From: Paraphysomonas bandaiensis | Taxonomy: Eukaryota > Protista > Chrysophyceae | Assembly: GCA_965644295.1 (NCBI GenBank) | Contig: CBFFRP010000091.1 | Coordinates: 62,001 to 126,000 of the forward strand | Reading direction: 5' to 3' | DNA: 64,000 nucleotides | Shown here: positions 1-9,578 of the stretch, one piece after another | Numbering within the stretch: the stretch's first letter is position 1 | Layout: each line of letters opens with the position of its first letter | Translations under genes and position numbers: made by a program | Notes under the pieces: generated by a model | Database searches by the model: none | What the model saw: only the letters and a program-made list of their open reading frames with translations | What the model was told of the DNA's origin: nothing

Positions 1-228
1 TCACAACAGCTGCGCGTGACGCCGATACACTCTTCGATGCGTATTGGAATTGCTGCCCCATCACTGGAAGTAGGTCGGTTCGAACAGAAGAGGAGCTATT
101 AATGTCTCTATCAAAGTTAGTTCCAAGGATTAGAAGCTCCCATTCTTCTTAGTCTATAACGAGAGTATTGACAACATAATTCTAATAATAGTTTCTCCCC
201 ATTTAGCCTAAAAAGTGTTTTTTACCTG

Positions 229-305
229 AACAGAACGCTCATGTTAATACCGGGCAAATATAGACATTCAACTTCAATAACCGGTTTAAACTGAAACTAT
301 CTTCC
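229..305. repeat. Short dispersed repeat fragment with a homolog at ~50758-50832
   Basis: Shared core ggcaaatatagacattcaacttcaat with similar flanks. Confidence 0.65.
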
Positions 306-890
306 ATCTTTATCTCCATTTTTATTCTATCCTTTGTATGATGTAGAAGTTCATAATGACGACAGTGCAAGTGATCCATCTTCATAAGCAGGACTTGGAA
401 ACAATTTCAAGAATTTTGCTGAAAATTCATATGCTACATCTGATCTGATGTCAGGGTTAGGGTCATGTCGTGCTCATCAGGATTATGTGCCTCACATCAA
501 ACGAAAAGCAATCGTGTTAGTTGCACTGGCAGAGATTAAGCGCGTTGTTTATAAATGTGATGATAATGCCAACGACAACAAGAAGCCTCGCAACTACAAT
601 ATTTCAAACTCATCATCACACTTTTATATTCCTCGCAGTTGCTGTATTGCCTCAGCAGACTTCTGTGATAGGGGTACACTTGCAGCTATTATTGGAATTA
701 GGGGATTTATTGTTTTGAATACGTCTTGTGCGATTGCCATTCCCTTGTTTGAAACAGTACGTTGAATTTTTAATTGTTTTCTTAATGTTAATCAGGAAAC
801 ACCTATTTTCTCTTACAGCAAGCAAGCAACAAACACCTATACGATCTAGGTATTAGGTTTTCAACATCATGAGGATAAGATATAATTAAA

Positions 891-1381
891 CCTGGAGATA
901 TATTGAAAGTCTTATTATTAGCAATAGGCGTTAAAAACCTGTACCAACTTAGTAGCTAGATGAATGCTAGACAAACTAGTTAGACCTCTACTTGTAGCTA
1001 ATCAGTACACACTTTTTTTGTCCTACTATTTAACGCTAGGGAAGCTGCTTGTGCGTCGCCGCAAGCACCAAGGTGTGACCACTTCCGCTCTGAGTTCTTA
1101 AGGTGAACATCCCGGATGCTTGACTTCAGCAGGCAGCCCAATACCCCGGTTACCCTTCAGGTGGGCCCATTCCCGGATGCCTATTTTTCGTCAGGGCCCA
1201 AAGACGCCTACACAAGTGACACTTATTGGTGTCCCTTGTACCACACAAGCATTCGGCTATGAGTGGGCAGAACAATATCTGCTGACTATGCTTGCGGCTC
1301 ACCTTAGTTTCCCAGAGAGAATCTCTTCGGTACTTATATCCTATAGAACACCACGAAAAGGTGCAAGTCCGACTTTGTTGA
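891..1381. repeat. Structured dispersed repeat family X, copy A
   Basis: Alignable by eye to 1397-1677, 41841-42294, 42342-43140 (inverted) and 60898-61454. Confidence 0.9.
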
Positions 1382-1396
1382 AGAAACCTGAAGATA

Positions 1397-1677
1397 AGTA
1401 GTAGTAGTAGTAGTACTAGTGAATGTCTTATTGTTAGCAATATAGGCGTTTGACGTCAGAGTTTTTGAGTCCTTAAGGTGAACAGCCCGGATGCTTGACT
1501 TCAGCAGGCAGACAAATACCTCGGATGCCTGTTTATTCGTCAAGGCCCAATACCCCAGTTCCCTTCAAGTGGGTCCAGTCCCGGATACCTGTTTATTGGT
1601 CAGGTGAAATAACTTCGGTACTTATCCCCCAAAATACCACGAAATGGTGCAATTCCGACGTTGTTGAGGGGGATAAG
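1397..1677. repeat. Repeat family X, copy B (internally deleted, with (TAG)n/(CTA)n tract)
   Basis: Tandem to copy A. Shares gagtccttaaggtgaaca-cccggatgc and the terminal ...gttgaggg. Confidence 0.88.
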
Positions 1678-1792
1678 GAATAAGGAGTATCGTCCTTTGT
1701 CAAAATATTAAAACTCGGGATTTTTGACCTCATTTCAAAATTTTGAGGGCGGGATGATAATCTCTTTATTACCCGTAATTAAATACAACTAA
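1678..1792. repeat. Short foldback/MITE-like repeat with a homolog at 55176-55241 (inverted)
   Basis: Reverse complement of 1728-1792 aligns with ttagttatatttaaccatgggcaataaggag...ctcaaaatttagacaaggg. The two ends are imperfect inverted repeats. Confidence 0.6.
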
Positions 1793-1853
1793 CCCACAAT
1801 TGTGTTAACTGAACTATGTGTACCTATGCATCTAACATGACAAGTATACACTG

Positions 1854-2173
1854 TGTTAGAAATAGACATTTTTAGTAATAAGACCTTTGTTAACACTTAT
1901 ATGGAATATTATATAATTATAAGAGATACCATACTTCATTCATTGACGTTCACCAACTCTTTCTATCTCTACTACACCAACCATTTCTAGTACGATCTTA
2001 CATCGTCACTATCTTGTACAGTCAGTATATTTCAGTTTTATCACTACAATGGCTATCATATTATTGGTTCTCATACTACAGCTAGCTACTACTGTATTCT
2101 TTGAGTAACGGATATAATTCTAATATCTTGGAAACTACAGCTTTTAATTGCTCACAAACAGCAAAACTCAACA
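1854..2173 (-). repeat. 3' LTR of the Copia element
   Basis: Same sequence as 7050-7369. Preceded on the minus strand by a polypurine tract. Confidence 0.97.
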
Positions 2174-2182
2174 CTCCCTCTC
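2174..2182 (-). promoter_or_regulatory. Polypurine tract GAGAGGGAG
   Basis: Purine run directly upstream of the 3' LTR on the element strand. Confidence 0.85.
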
Positions 2183-2300
2183 AATTCAAAGCTGTAACAC
2201 ATGGCATAACTGACGGATACGCAACCACCGAAACCGTATAGGACAAACCGGTGGACGTATGGCTCCGACGTTTCAGCTAGCCTCTCCGTAGACAACACGT

Positions 2301-5300
2301 TTATGAGCCTCTGTTTCGTTTGTATGAATTCTCTCTGATGACATCCACAGATGACTTCTGATCTTCTCCTAGACATCTCTTTCTATGCTTCTCGTATATA
2401 ACGCCACACAAAGATTTCGTAAATATGTCTGCAGTCTGGTTATCAGTTCCAACGTGATACAATATCGCAGTGTTAAAACGTCCTTCTGGATCTACATGTT
2501 CACGCACCCAGTGGTATTTGATTTCAATGTGTTTTGATCTTTTGTGGAACACTGGATTTAATGCTAGATCACGAGCACTCTGGCTATCTAAAAAAAATGG
2601 AGTGGGTTCGTACAGTCGAAGTCCCAATTCGGCCAACACCCCCCGAAGCCACACCAGTTCTTGCATGCCAGCGTACATAGCTTGGTACTCACTCTGCATT
2701 GAAGACGTAGACACAGTAACTTGTAAGATTGATTGCCAGGTGAGTGGTCCACCTGCTGCAAACACAATGTATCCAGTTGTCGACCTTCGTGACACAGTAT
2801 CGCCTGCCCAGTCAGCGTCTGTGAAAATATGCATGTCAAAGCTCTTACCACTGAACCGAATACCTTTCCGCACAGTACCCCTGATGTATTGTAACAAATA
2901 AGTCATCAACTTGCATGTAGCCTTTGTTGGTTTCGAAGCATATCGTGACAATAGGCCAACAGCATACGCAATATCTGGACGCGTATTCATTGATAGATAT
3001 AGCATGGCACCTAGTAAGCTACGATAGGGATAATTGTCGACTCCCTCTTCCTCCTGAGATGAGTTCTCACTATCAGTGCAATTAATCCTGTCCATGGCAT
3101 CTACAGGTAGTGGGGATTTGCGAACTTTGTTTGAAGGTCCAAGGAATGCTGCATATTTGGTGAGAATTTTTTCAGCGTATGTCGATTGGTCAAGTTGAAT
3201 ATAATTCTTGGTCCTTGTAACTCGAACGTTGAGAAAATGCTCTAATTCTCCCATGTCTGACATGTCAAATCTTTCACAAAACCGTTTCTTGATTTCTGTC
3301 AAAATAGTCAGATCCGCACAAGCGATTACTATATCATCAACGTATATGGTTAAGTACACACGATGACCTTTGTACATCATATAATATAGACATGGTTCTA
3401 AAATGCAGGGTTTGAATCCCAAAGACTTTATAAATCCATGTATGGTCTTCCACCATGAACGTGGAGAACTCCGAAGGCCATATAGTGAGCGATATAGTTT
3501 GAAACAGTGTCCTGGTGGCAACTGAAAATCGGGAGGAGGGTCCATGTACACGTCTCCTTCGATTTTAGCATAACAGAATGCATTCGACACGTCAAGTTGA
3601 TGGATGTGCATACTAAACATGAAAGCAAGGGCAATGATTAGTCTAACCGTAATCGATTTCACCACAGGAGCAAATGTATTTTCGACGTCTATACCTGTCC
3701 TTTGACCATATCCCAGAGCGACCAGACGAGCTTTATGCTTTTTTATTGATCCATCTTTATTGTATTTTCGTTTGAACACATATCTGGACTTTAGAGGTCT
3801 AACACCAGGTGGCGTCTCAACGACATTAAACACTTCCCGCTTGAATAATGCATTCCGTTCTAATCGTCTAGCTTCCTTCCAATTTGAAGCTTCAGGACAT
3901 GTCAATGACTCTTCATACGTCTCAGGCTCTCTATAAGTAGACGAGTTAGACATAAGTGCGCAATCACTCTCATCACACAAGTTAACAATCTCCTCATCAT
4001 GGAGAAGGTTTACCTCACCCAGGGTGGACACATTAGTCAACACCCTTCGGATTCGCGTACGTTTACCACTGGTCTCCCTTGACTCAGCATGTACAGTACC
4101 ACTATTCTCACTTGGCACACAAGAAGGTACATTCTCAAAGACACGATTCGCGCTGACCCCACTCGGTACAGCACCCGCACTACTCTCCGGCAAAGTACGA
4201 AGGGACATTCTCTTCCCTGGAATCTCATCCGCCGTAGACTTATTGGGCGTGTCACCCGAAGCCGGCGTAGATGACGATCCACCTCTCTTGTCGTCACAAG
4301 AACGAGGTTTTGAGTACAGCCTGCGGTTATAGTCACCAGTCAACTCGGCAATATCACGTACGTGAATAGGGACTTTTTCTTCTATCTGCTCTTTCCCAGC
4401 AGTTACTAGCGCCCTAAACGCCACAATTAGTCCTTTTCGCACCACAACTCTCGTAGTCTTAAAGAGAAACCCGTCGTCCACATGATACGAACCAATCAGA
4501 TGTTTAAACTCTTCAACTGATCGATCTAATGGGTCAGTTTTGACTAAGGCCTCTTCAAGCTCTGCATAGTACTCCTTATCTCTTGGAGGTATACTTTCAT
4601 CATACAGAACATGTACTGATACGACTTCTTTGTCACCAAGCCACACACGGGATCCCTTTTTCGTATTGGATAGACCTATGAAATACCCAGTCTGCGACTT
4701 CTCCTGCCAGTCCTTTCGACGATCACCTTTGGGAATAAGCACATAAGCCTTGCACCCCCAGCGTCGAAATCTCGATAAGTCAGGGACTGAACCTCCTGGG
4801 ACGCATTCCATTGGAGACATCCAACCTCGATATGTACGTGTAGGCATTCGTCGAACTATCATGCATGCATATACATAAGCATCCCACCAAAAAATTACGG
4901 GTAATCCTGAGTCCATTAACAGAGCCAGAGTCATTTCTCCCAATGTTCGATTCCTACGCTCAGATACACCATTCATCTCAGGGCTGTCTGTGGAGCTCCA
5001 AGTGATGCTAGTTCCAAACTTGCTCATTAAGTATTGCTGAATGGACTTGTCGATCAACTCAGCCCCCCCATCCGAATGGTACTGTATCAACCGGTGTGAA
5101 CCGGGATATGTAGGGAGTTTACGCTCAACCCAGTCCTTCACGCAACTCAACACCTCATTCGCAGACCGTGTCTCCAACGGATATTCCCAAAACTCCTTGG
5201 TGGCTATATCTGATAATGTCAGAACATATTTGTATCCTTGTCTGGATGGGCAATTGAAATATACAGCAATGTCCACAGAAACCTTCTCAAGGAACTCTGT

Positions 5301-6120
5301 AGCTTGCAGTTCGTCATCTCTCTTTGCGGTGAATGATTTCCTTGTCATCTTTGATTTTGCGCAAGCTTTACAAATACCTTTCATTTTTCGTAAACTCTTC
5401 TTGCTGAGATGTCGTCGGGTTAATCCGCTCCCGGTAAAAAGTCTGTGTTTAAACGCTTCAATCAGCTTATGTTTGCTGACGTGTCCACAGCGCTTGTGTA
5501 ACATCTCTAACGGATCTTCATGCACCTTGTCGGACAAATATACTTCCTCCAGCATTGTCAAATTTGGAAGATCAAGTATTTCCTGTAAATTTACATAAGG
5601 CATTCCGTTGCTTGAGTAGGTTGCCTCCAATACAGTCTCCCCAGTATCAAGTCGCACAACAGTGGGCTTGTTCAACAACTGCAATCCATACCCGTGAGAA
5701 CGGAGTATTCCTCCAGAGCAGATATTCTTGACTGATCCAGGGCAGATCTTGATGTCAGTCCAATCGCCAAAGCCTCCAGTTTCCTCATAGTGTAAACTGG
5801 ATCCAGCTCTGGTTGTCTGTATATTTCCATCCTCCTTCTTGACCGTATGAAGGAAATTTCTGTCCTTAACAATGAACAGTTTATTAGAGGCACAGCTGTC
5901 TAAATACACGGGTTCATCGGAAGTGTGTAGCACCTCTTCAGAGACACATGAATCATCATGCGGTTCCTCATACATAATCATGTTCACAGAGTCCGAATCT
6001 TCCTCTTGCTCCTCTCTCCGCAAAAAACGATTCCAATCTGTGCGTTTTGCAGGCTTTTCGTCCAAAAATGGCCGGTTTTTTGTCTCCTTGGGCAGAGTCA
6101 CTACGTACTTGAGCACGAAA
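2301..6120 (-). CDS. pol: Copia Pol (protease, integrase, RT, RNase H) in the +1 frame relative to gag; true 5' junction uncertain
   Basis: PR YLDSCAS. IN HKRCGH/CKAC zinc motif, HSDGGAE, NGVSERRNRTL, WGCKAYV. RT KARLVALGYGQ, QLDVSNAF, LYGLRSSPR, IYVDD. RH FTDADWAG, KHIEIKYHWVRE, ADIFTK. Confidence 0.95.
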
Positions 6121-7065
6121 TTTGCACTTATACGCACGATGTCTGGTGTCTCCACATACATAGCAGCCATCTGATTTTTTCTTCTCGTTGTTGTCTCTGC
6201 GACTCTCAGATCGATTCCTAGCGCCACGACTCTTTCCCTGCCTTCTTAATTTCGCGATCTTAAGGTCTCTCTTCTTCTTCCAGCACGATTTCTGTGAGTG
6301 ACCCCGTTTGCCACATTTGGGATAGCTGCACACCTCATTTTCATCAGCAGTGGAATTCATGTTTACTTCGTCGGTGCCTTCTTTCGGGACACCTTTTGCC
6401 TGATCGTATCTCCTGCATATGGTGATCATATCAATAAAGGTTATGTCACCTTGTAGGTAGAGATTGGTGTACAATTGCTCCAAATCGCTTCGTGTTTCGA
6501 GGGCAGTCTGTAACTTCGTTTTTTTAGCGATGTCAGTGGGTGGTTCCCCCAACTCGGACATTTTTTGACAGATGCCGTTTAGTCGATCGATTGCTGCGCA
6601 CACGAGTTCCCCCGGTAGAATTTTGAATCCTGCAAACTTCTTATTCAATTCAACTAATTCATATTGGATTTCCCCTCGAAACCGAACAATTAACCTAGAG
6701 ATGAGTTCACTCGCTAACTGCTCTTTATCAGGATGGTCCTGCGGGAGCATATCCTTTTCCCGGAAGTACTGATCCACGATCTCAAGGGCTTCAGCGACTG
6801 GTTGAACAGCTTCAAATATCGAACTGATGCACGTGTCTTTCCTCTCCAGCCACTTGTCCAGATCCTCCTTGTACTTATTTCGGACTGTCACTGGCGCATT
6901 ATTTGCTGGTCTTACTGGACGGTCCTCTAGACCCAGATGGTTCCTGTTCTTCCTCATCAACCACACTTTCAGATTCTTTGACCAATTCACTACACCGAAC
7001 TGATCAAATTTAGGAAGAAGTTTCCACTCCGAACTACTGTCTGCTACCATGTTAGAAATAGACAT
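5968..7065 (-). CDS. gag: Copia Gag with two zinc knuckles
   Basis: Copia-type N-terminus LPKFDQFGVVNW. Knuckles CSYPKCGKRGHSQKSC and CYVCGDTRHRAYKC. Start ATG at 7065 or 7050. Confidence 0.9.
   Translation of the reverse strand: MSISNMVADSSSEWKLLPKFDQFGVVNWSKNLKVWLMRKNRNHLGLEDRPVRPANNAPVTVRNKYKEDLDKWLERKDTCISSIFEAVQPVAEALEIVDQYFREKDMLPQDHPDKEQLASELISRLIVRFRGEIQYELVELNKKFAGFKILPGELVCAAIDRLNGICQKMSELGEPPTDIAKKTKLQTALETRSDLEQLYTNLYLQGDITFIDMITICRRYDQAKGVPKEGTDEVNMNSTADENEVCSYPKCGKRGHSQKSCWKKKRDLKIAKLRRQGKSRGARNRSESRRDNNEKKKSDGCYVCGDTRHRAYKCKFRAQVRSDSAQGDKKPAIFGRKACKTHRLESFFAERGARGRFGLCEHDYV
7040..7049 (-). promoter_or_regulatory. Primer-binding site TGGTAGCAGA, likely for initiator tRNA-Met
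   Basis: Directly abuts the 5' LTR. Complementary to a ...UCUGCUACCA-3' tRNA end, as in many eukaryotic tRNA-iMet. Confidence 0.85.
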
Positions 7066-7369
7066 TTTTAGTAATAAGACCTTTGTTAACACTTATATGG
7101 AATATTATATAATTATAAGAGATACCATACTTCATTCATTGACGTTCACCAACTCTTTCTATCTCTACTACACCAACCATTTCTAGTACGATCTTACATC
7201 GTCACTATCTTGTACAGTCAGTATATTTCAGTTTTATCACTACAATGGCTATCATATTATTGGTTCTCATACTACAGCTAGCTACTACTGTATTCTTTGA
7301 GTAACGGATATAATTCTAATATCTTGGAAACTACAGCTTTTAATTGCTCACAAACAGCAAAACTCAACA
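7050..7369 (-). repeat. 5' LTR of the Copia element
   Basis: TGTTAG...CAACA on +. Followed on the minus strand by PBS TGGTAGCAGA. Confidence 0.97.
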
Positions 7370-7822
7370 CACTGAAATTGTCACCACGACTCTCTTAGCT
7401 TTGTAGACTGCTGACACACCGTTTAGCTTTAGCAACACTTTGCACCTATTACTTTTAATACACATGTATGACTTTATATACTACTTATACTGTATTTAAA
7501 TTGTATTCACAGCAGATGTTGTGTTCTTGAAGAACTTCCACAAAAAAGAGCTGAGTGCTAGATTTCAATCCCACTATATCGATTACGAGGTGCACTGGCT
7601 GCGTATCACTTAGGGTTAGCTTCTACACTTTCAGAACTCTACTCAATAATACATATTTGACTTAATAATATAATGATACAGAAGATAGAGGAAGCAATGA
7701 CAACAGCGAATCTTGGTTTTCTATAATCGACAAACACAAACTACGCTGGTAACGCGAAAAATATATATATTCCCCTTCACGGTTCAGCCACCTGTCCAAC
7801 AGAACATTTATAAAAGTATCAA

Positions 7823-9076
7823 TCAGTGCATGCGGTGATGTACCGTATAGAGAATCCGCATATTCGACCCGGAGGCCCCTGAGAAATCCATGGTGTACGT
7901 GGAATACAAGTCAAGGCTATTACTTACGAACCACAAGCGTGTGCTGTTGTGACGGTCGATGGCAAAAGTGTCAACCTGTGTGAACTCAGATGAGCCCATG
8001 CAATAACACAGGTATAATTGACTTACCCATCTCATATCATGTGGGGCCGGGGTAGCAGGCACTGAATCTGCAGCAATATCTGGAAATGATGTCGAGTTCA
8101 CAGGCAATGCGTAAAATGTGCTTGACGGGAGGTGGCCATAATATAGCTGTTCATTCCAGTATTTCATTCCATCAGATGGACCCTTCTCGCCAATTACTTG
8201 AACGGCGGCGTCAATATCGTGATCGGAGGACGACATATCTCTGAAAACGCTGGTAGGCAGTCGATACAGCGTAGTACCTTGGACCGCAGAGTAAAACAGC
8301 GCCTCTGCGTCGTCCGATATTGCGATCCCATCACAAGGTGTAGTAAATATGTTAGTGCCATAGTTCACCCCATTAATCACCATTTCATAATATGGATCAT
8401 TCTTAGTACTCGCCCCAGAGTACCGCCTGGATGTACCCTCCTTGTGGTTGTACATGATCAGCGCACCATCTCCCCAGGCATCTGAAAGGTATGCCAACCC
8501 ACGCTCTTCATCTAACACGATATCATTCACAAAACTATTATCATAGGCCGCCACTTCAGGTGGAAAATAATATTTGCTTGTAACTTCCCGAGTTGCCATG
8601 TCAATAATCCACACGCCTGCAGGTGCACTCGTCCAAACCGACTCAATAGGCGCGAAGAAATTAGTCCGACCAGTTTCGATAACCCACATTCGTCCCTGCG
8701 AATCTATTGTCATACTCTGGGAGTACTGCAGGTCGCCTTCCTCGCCGACATCTTGAATATCCCAGCTGGGGTACGGCTCGAGAACGTATCCTTCACTGTC
8801 TGGTCGTGTAACGAGCTTGTTCAGTGTAGCGGGCACCCCCGGGCGCCATCGAGGAACGGTCACATATATGTCTCCATTCGAATCCACATTTATTCCAGCC
8901 AGTAAGCAATTTTCTACAATGAATTTCCCGGATTCGACGTACGAGTGATACGTGTGGGACTGGTCCCATGTATAGTTCAACGCCACCCACTCACTGAACA
9001 CAATTTGACTATGGGCATATTGTAGCGCAGATAACAGCACAACGCAACCACTGAGTAGATCCAGCATACGTCGCAT
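7823..9076 (-). CDS. Secreted yellow / major royal jelly protein family beta-propeller
   Basis: Signal peptide. Motifs IYVTVPRWRPGVPATL, LEPYPSW, MWVIETG, FVNDIVLD, DGIAIS. Removing an in-frame 51-nt intron (7976-8026) restores WVDT. Confidence 0.9.
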   Translation of the reverse strand: MRRMLDLLSGCVVLLSALQYAHSQIVFSEWVALNYTWDQSHTYHSYVESGKFIVENCLLAGINVDSNGDIYVTVPRWRPGVPATLNKLVTRPDSEGYVLEPYPSWDIQDVGEEGDLQYSQSMTIDSQGRMWVIETGRTNFFAPIESVWTSAPAGVWIIDMATREVTSKYYFPPEVAAYDNSFVNDIVLDEERGLAYLSDAWGDGALIMYNHKEGTSRRYSGASTKNDPYYEMVINGVNYGTNIFTTPCDGIAISDDAEALFYSAVQGTTLYRLPTSVFRDMSSSDHDIDAAVQVIGEKGPSDGMKYWNEQLYYGHLPSSTFYALPVNSTSFPDIAADSVPATPAPHDMRWVSQLYLCYCMGSSEFTQVDTFAIDRHNSTRLWFVSNSLDLYSTYTMDFSGASGSNMRILYTVHHRMH

Positions 9077-9578
9077 TGATAGTGAGGTTTCGTTTGATGT
9101 GATATCAATATCAACCTGGTGAACATCACTGCCACTCTGGGTGTACTGCTAGATGTGTACCGTACAACAGCTCAAGAGAGTAAGTACCACAGTACATTTT
9201 GTAGGTACTTTGTGGTAGAGGTCGTACCCAGTGTAGAAAAAAAGAATGTTGTGTCTGGTGGGTGTGTCCCTGAGATGGTTCGTAGATATATGGCACATGG
9301 CACCGTCTGATGTACTCTGTATGTACTCCACTATACTTATACTTGTACACAAGGCATAGCTACACGTATACAGGACTATGAGATCTATCTTTCAGCCCTC
9401 TCTCACATTGCTTGCTGATTAACAACTCAAATAACAATACAATATACAGTCTAAACAATAGCTGTACCTGTCTGGTGTTAGCCATCAGTATCAAGATCTG
9501 AGGCGTGGGCTGGTTCATATGGTTCAGTTATCTCTCCTCTGATCTGTTTGGTATCAAACCACACTAAATATATCAGAG

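Larger units (their letters stand above)
1854..7369 (-). mobile_element. Full-length Ty1/Copia LTR retrotransposon, probably a recent insertion
   Basis: Two 320-bp TG...CA direct repeats (1854-2173, 7050-7369), identical by eye. 5-bp TSD CACTG at 1849-1853 and 7370-7374. PBS and PPT present. Domain order gag-PR-IN-RT-RH. Confidence 0.98.

Noticed and set aside
448-765. 105-aa ORF and an opposite-strand stop-riddled frame
   Set aside because: No recognisable homology. Probably decayed repeat sequence.
1180-1200. CTGACGA (minus strand) as a hammerhead ribozyme core in repeat X
   Set aside because: No stem II plus GAAA follows, and the motif is TTGACGA or otherwise altered in other copies.
1050-1302. 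Group II intron remnants (GTGCG start, GAGCCG domain V)
   Set aside because: The two motifs are on opposite strands and no proper domain V/VI hairpin forms.
1120-1683. Short ORFs within repeat X copies
   Set aside because: Frames are not conserved between copies because of indels, and no recognisable domain is present.
2470-5598. Antisense ORFs over pol and other long genes
   Set aside because: Shadow ORFs of real coding sequence with no independent evidence.
6075-6081. Canonical -1 slippery heptamer A_AAA_AAC in the gag/pol overlap
   Set aside because: It is phased in the pol frame. A -1 slip would go from pol to gag, not from gag to pol.
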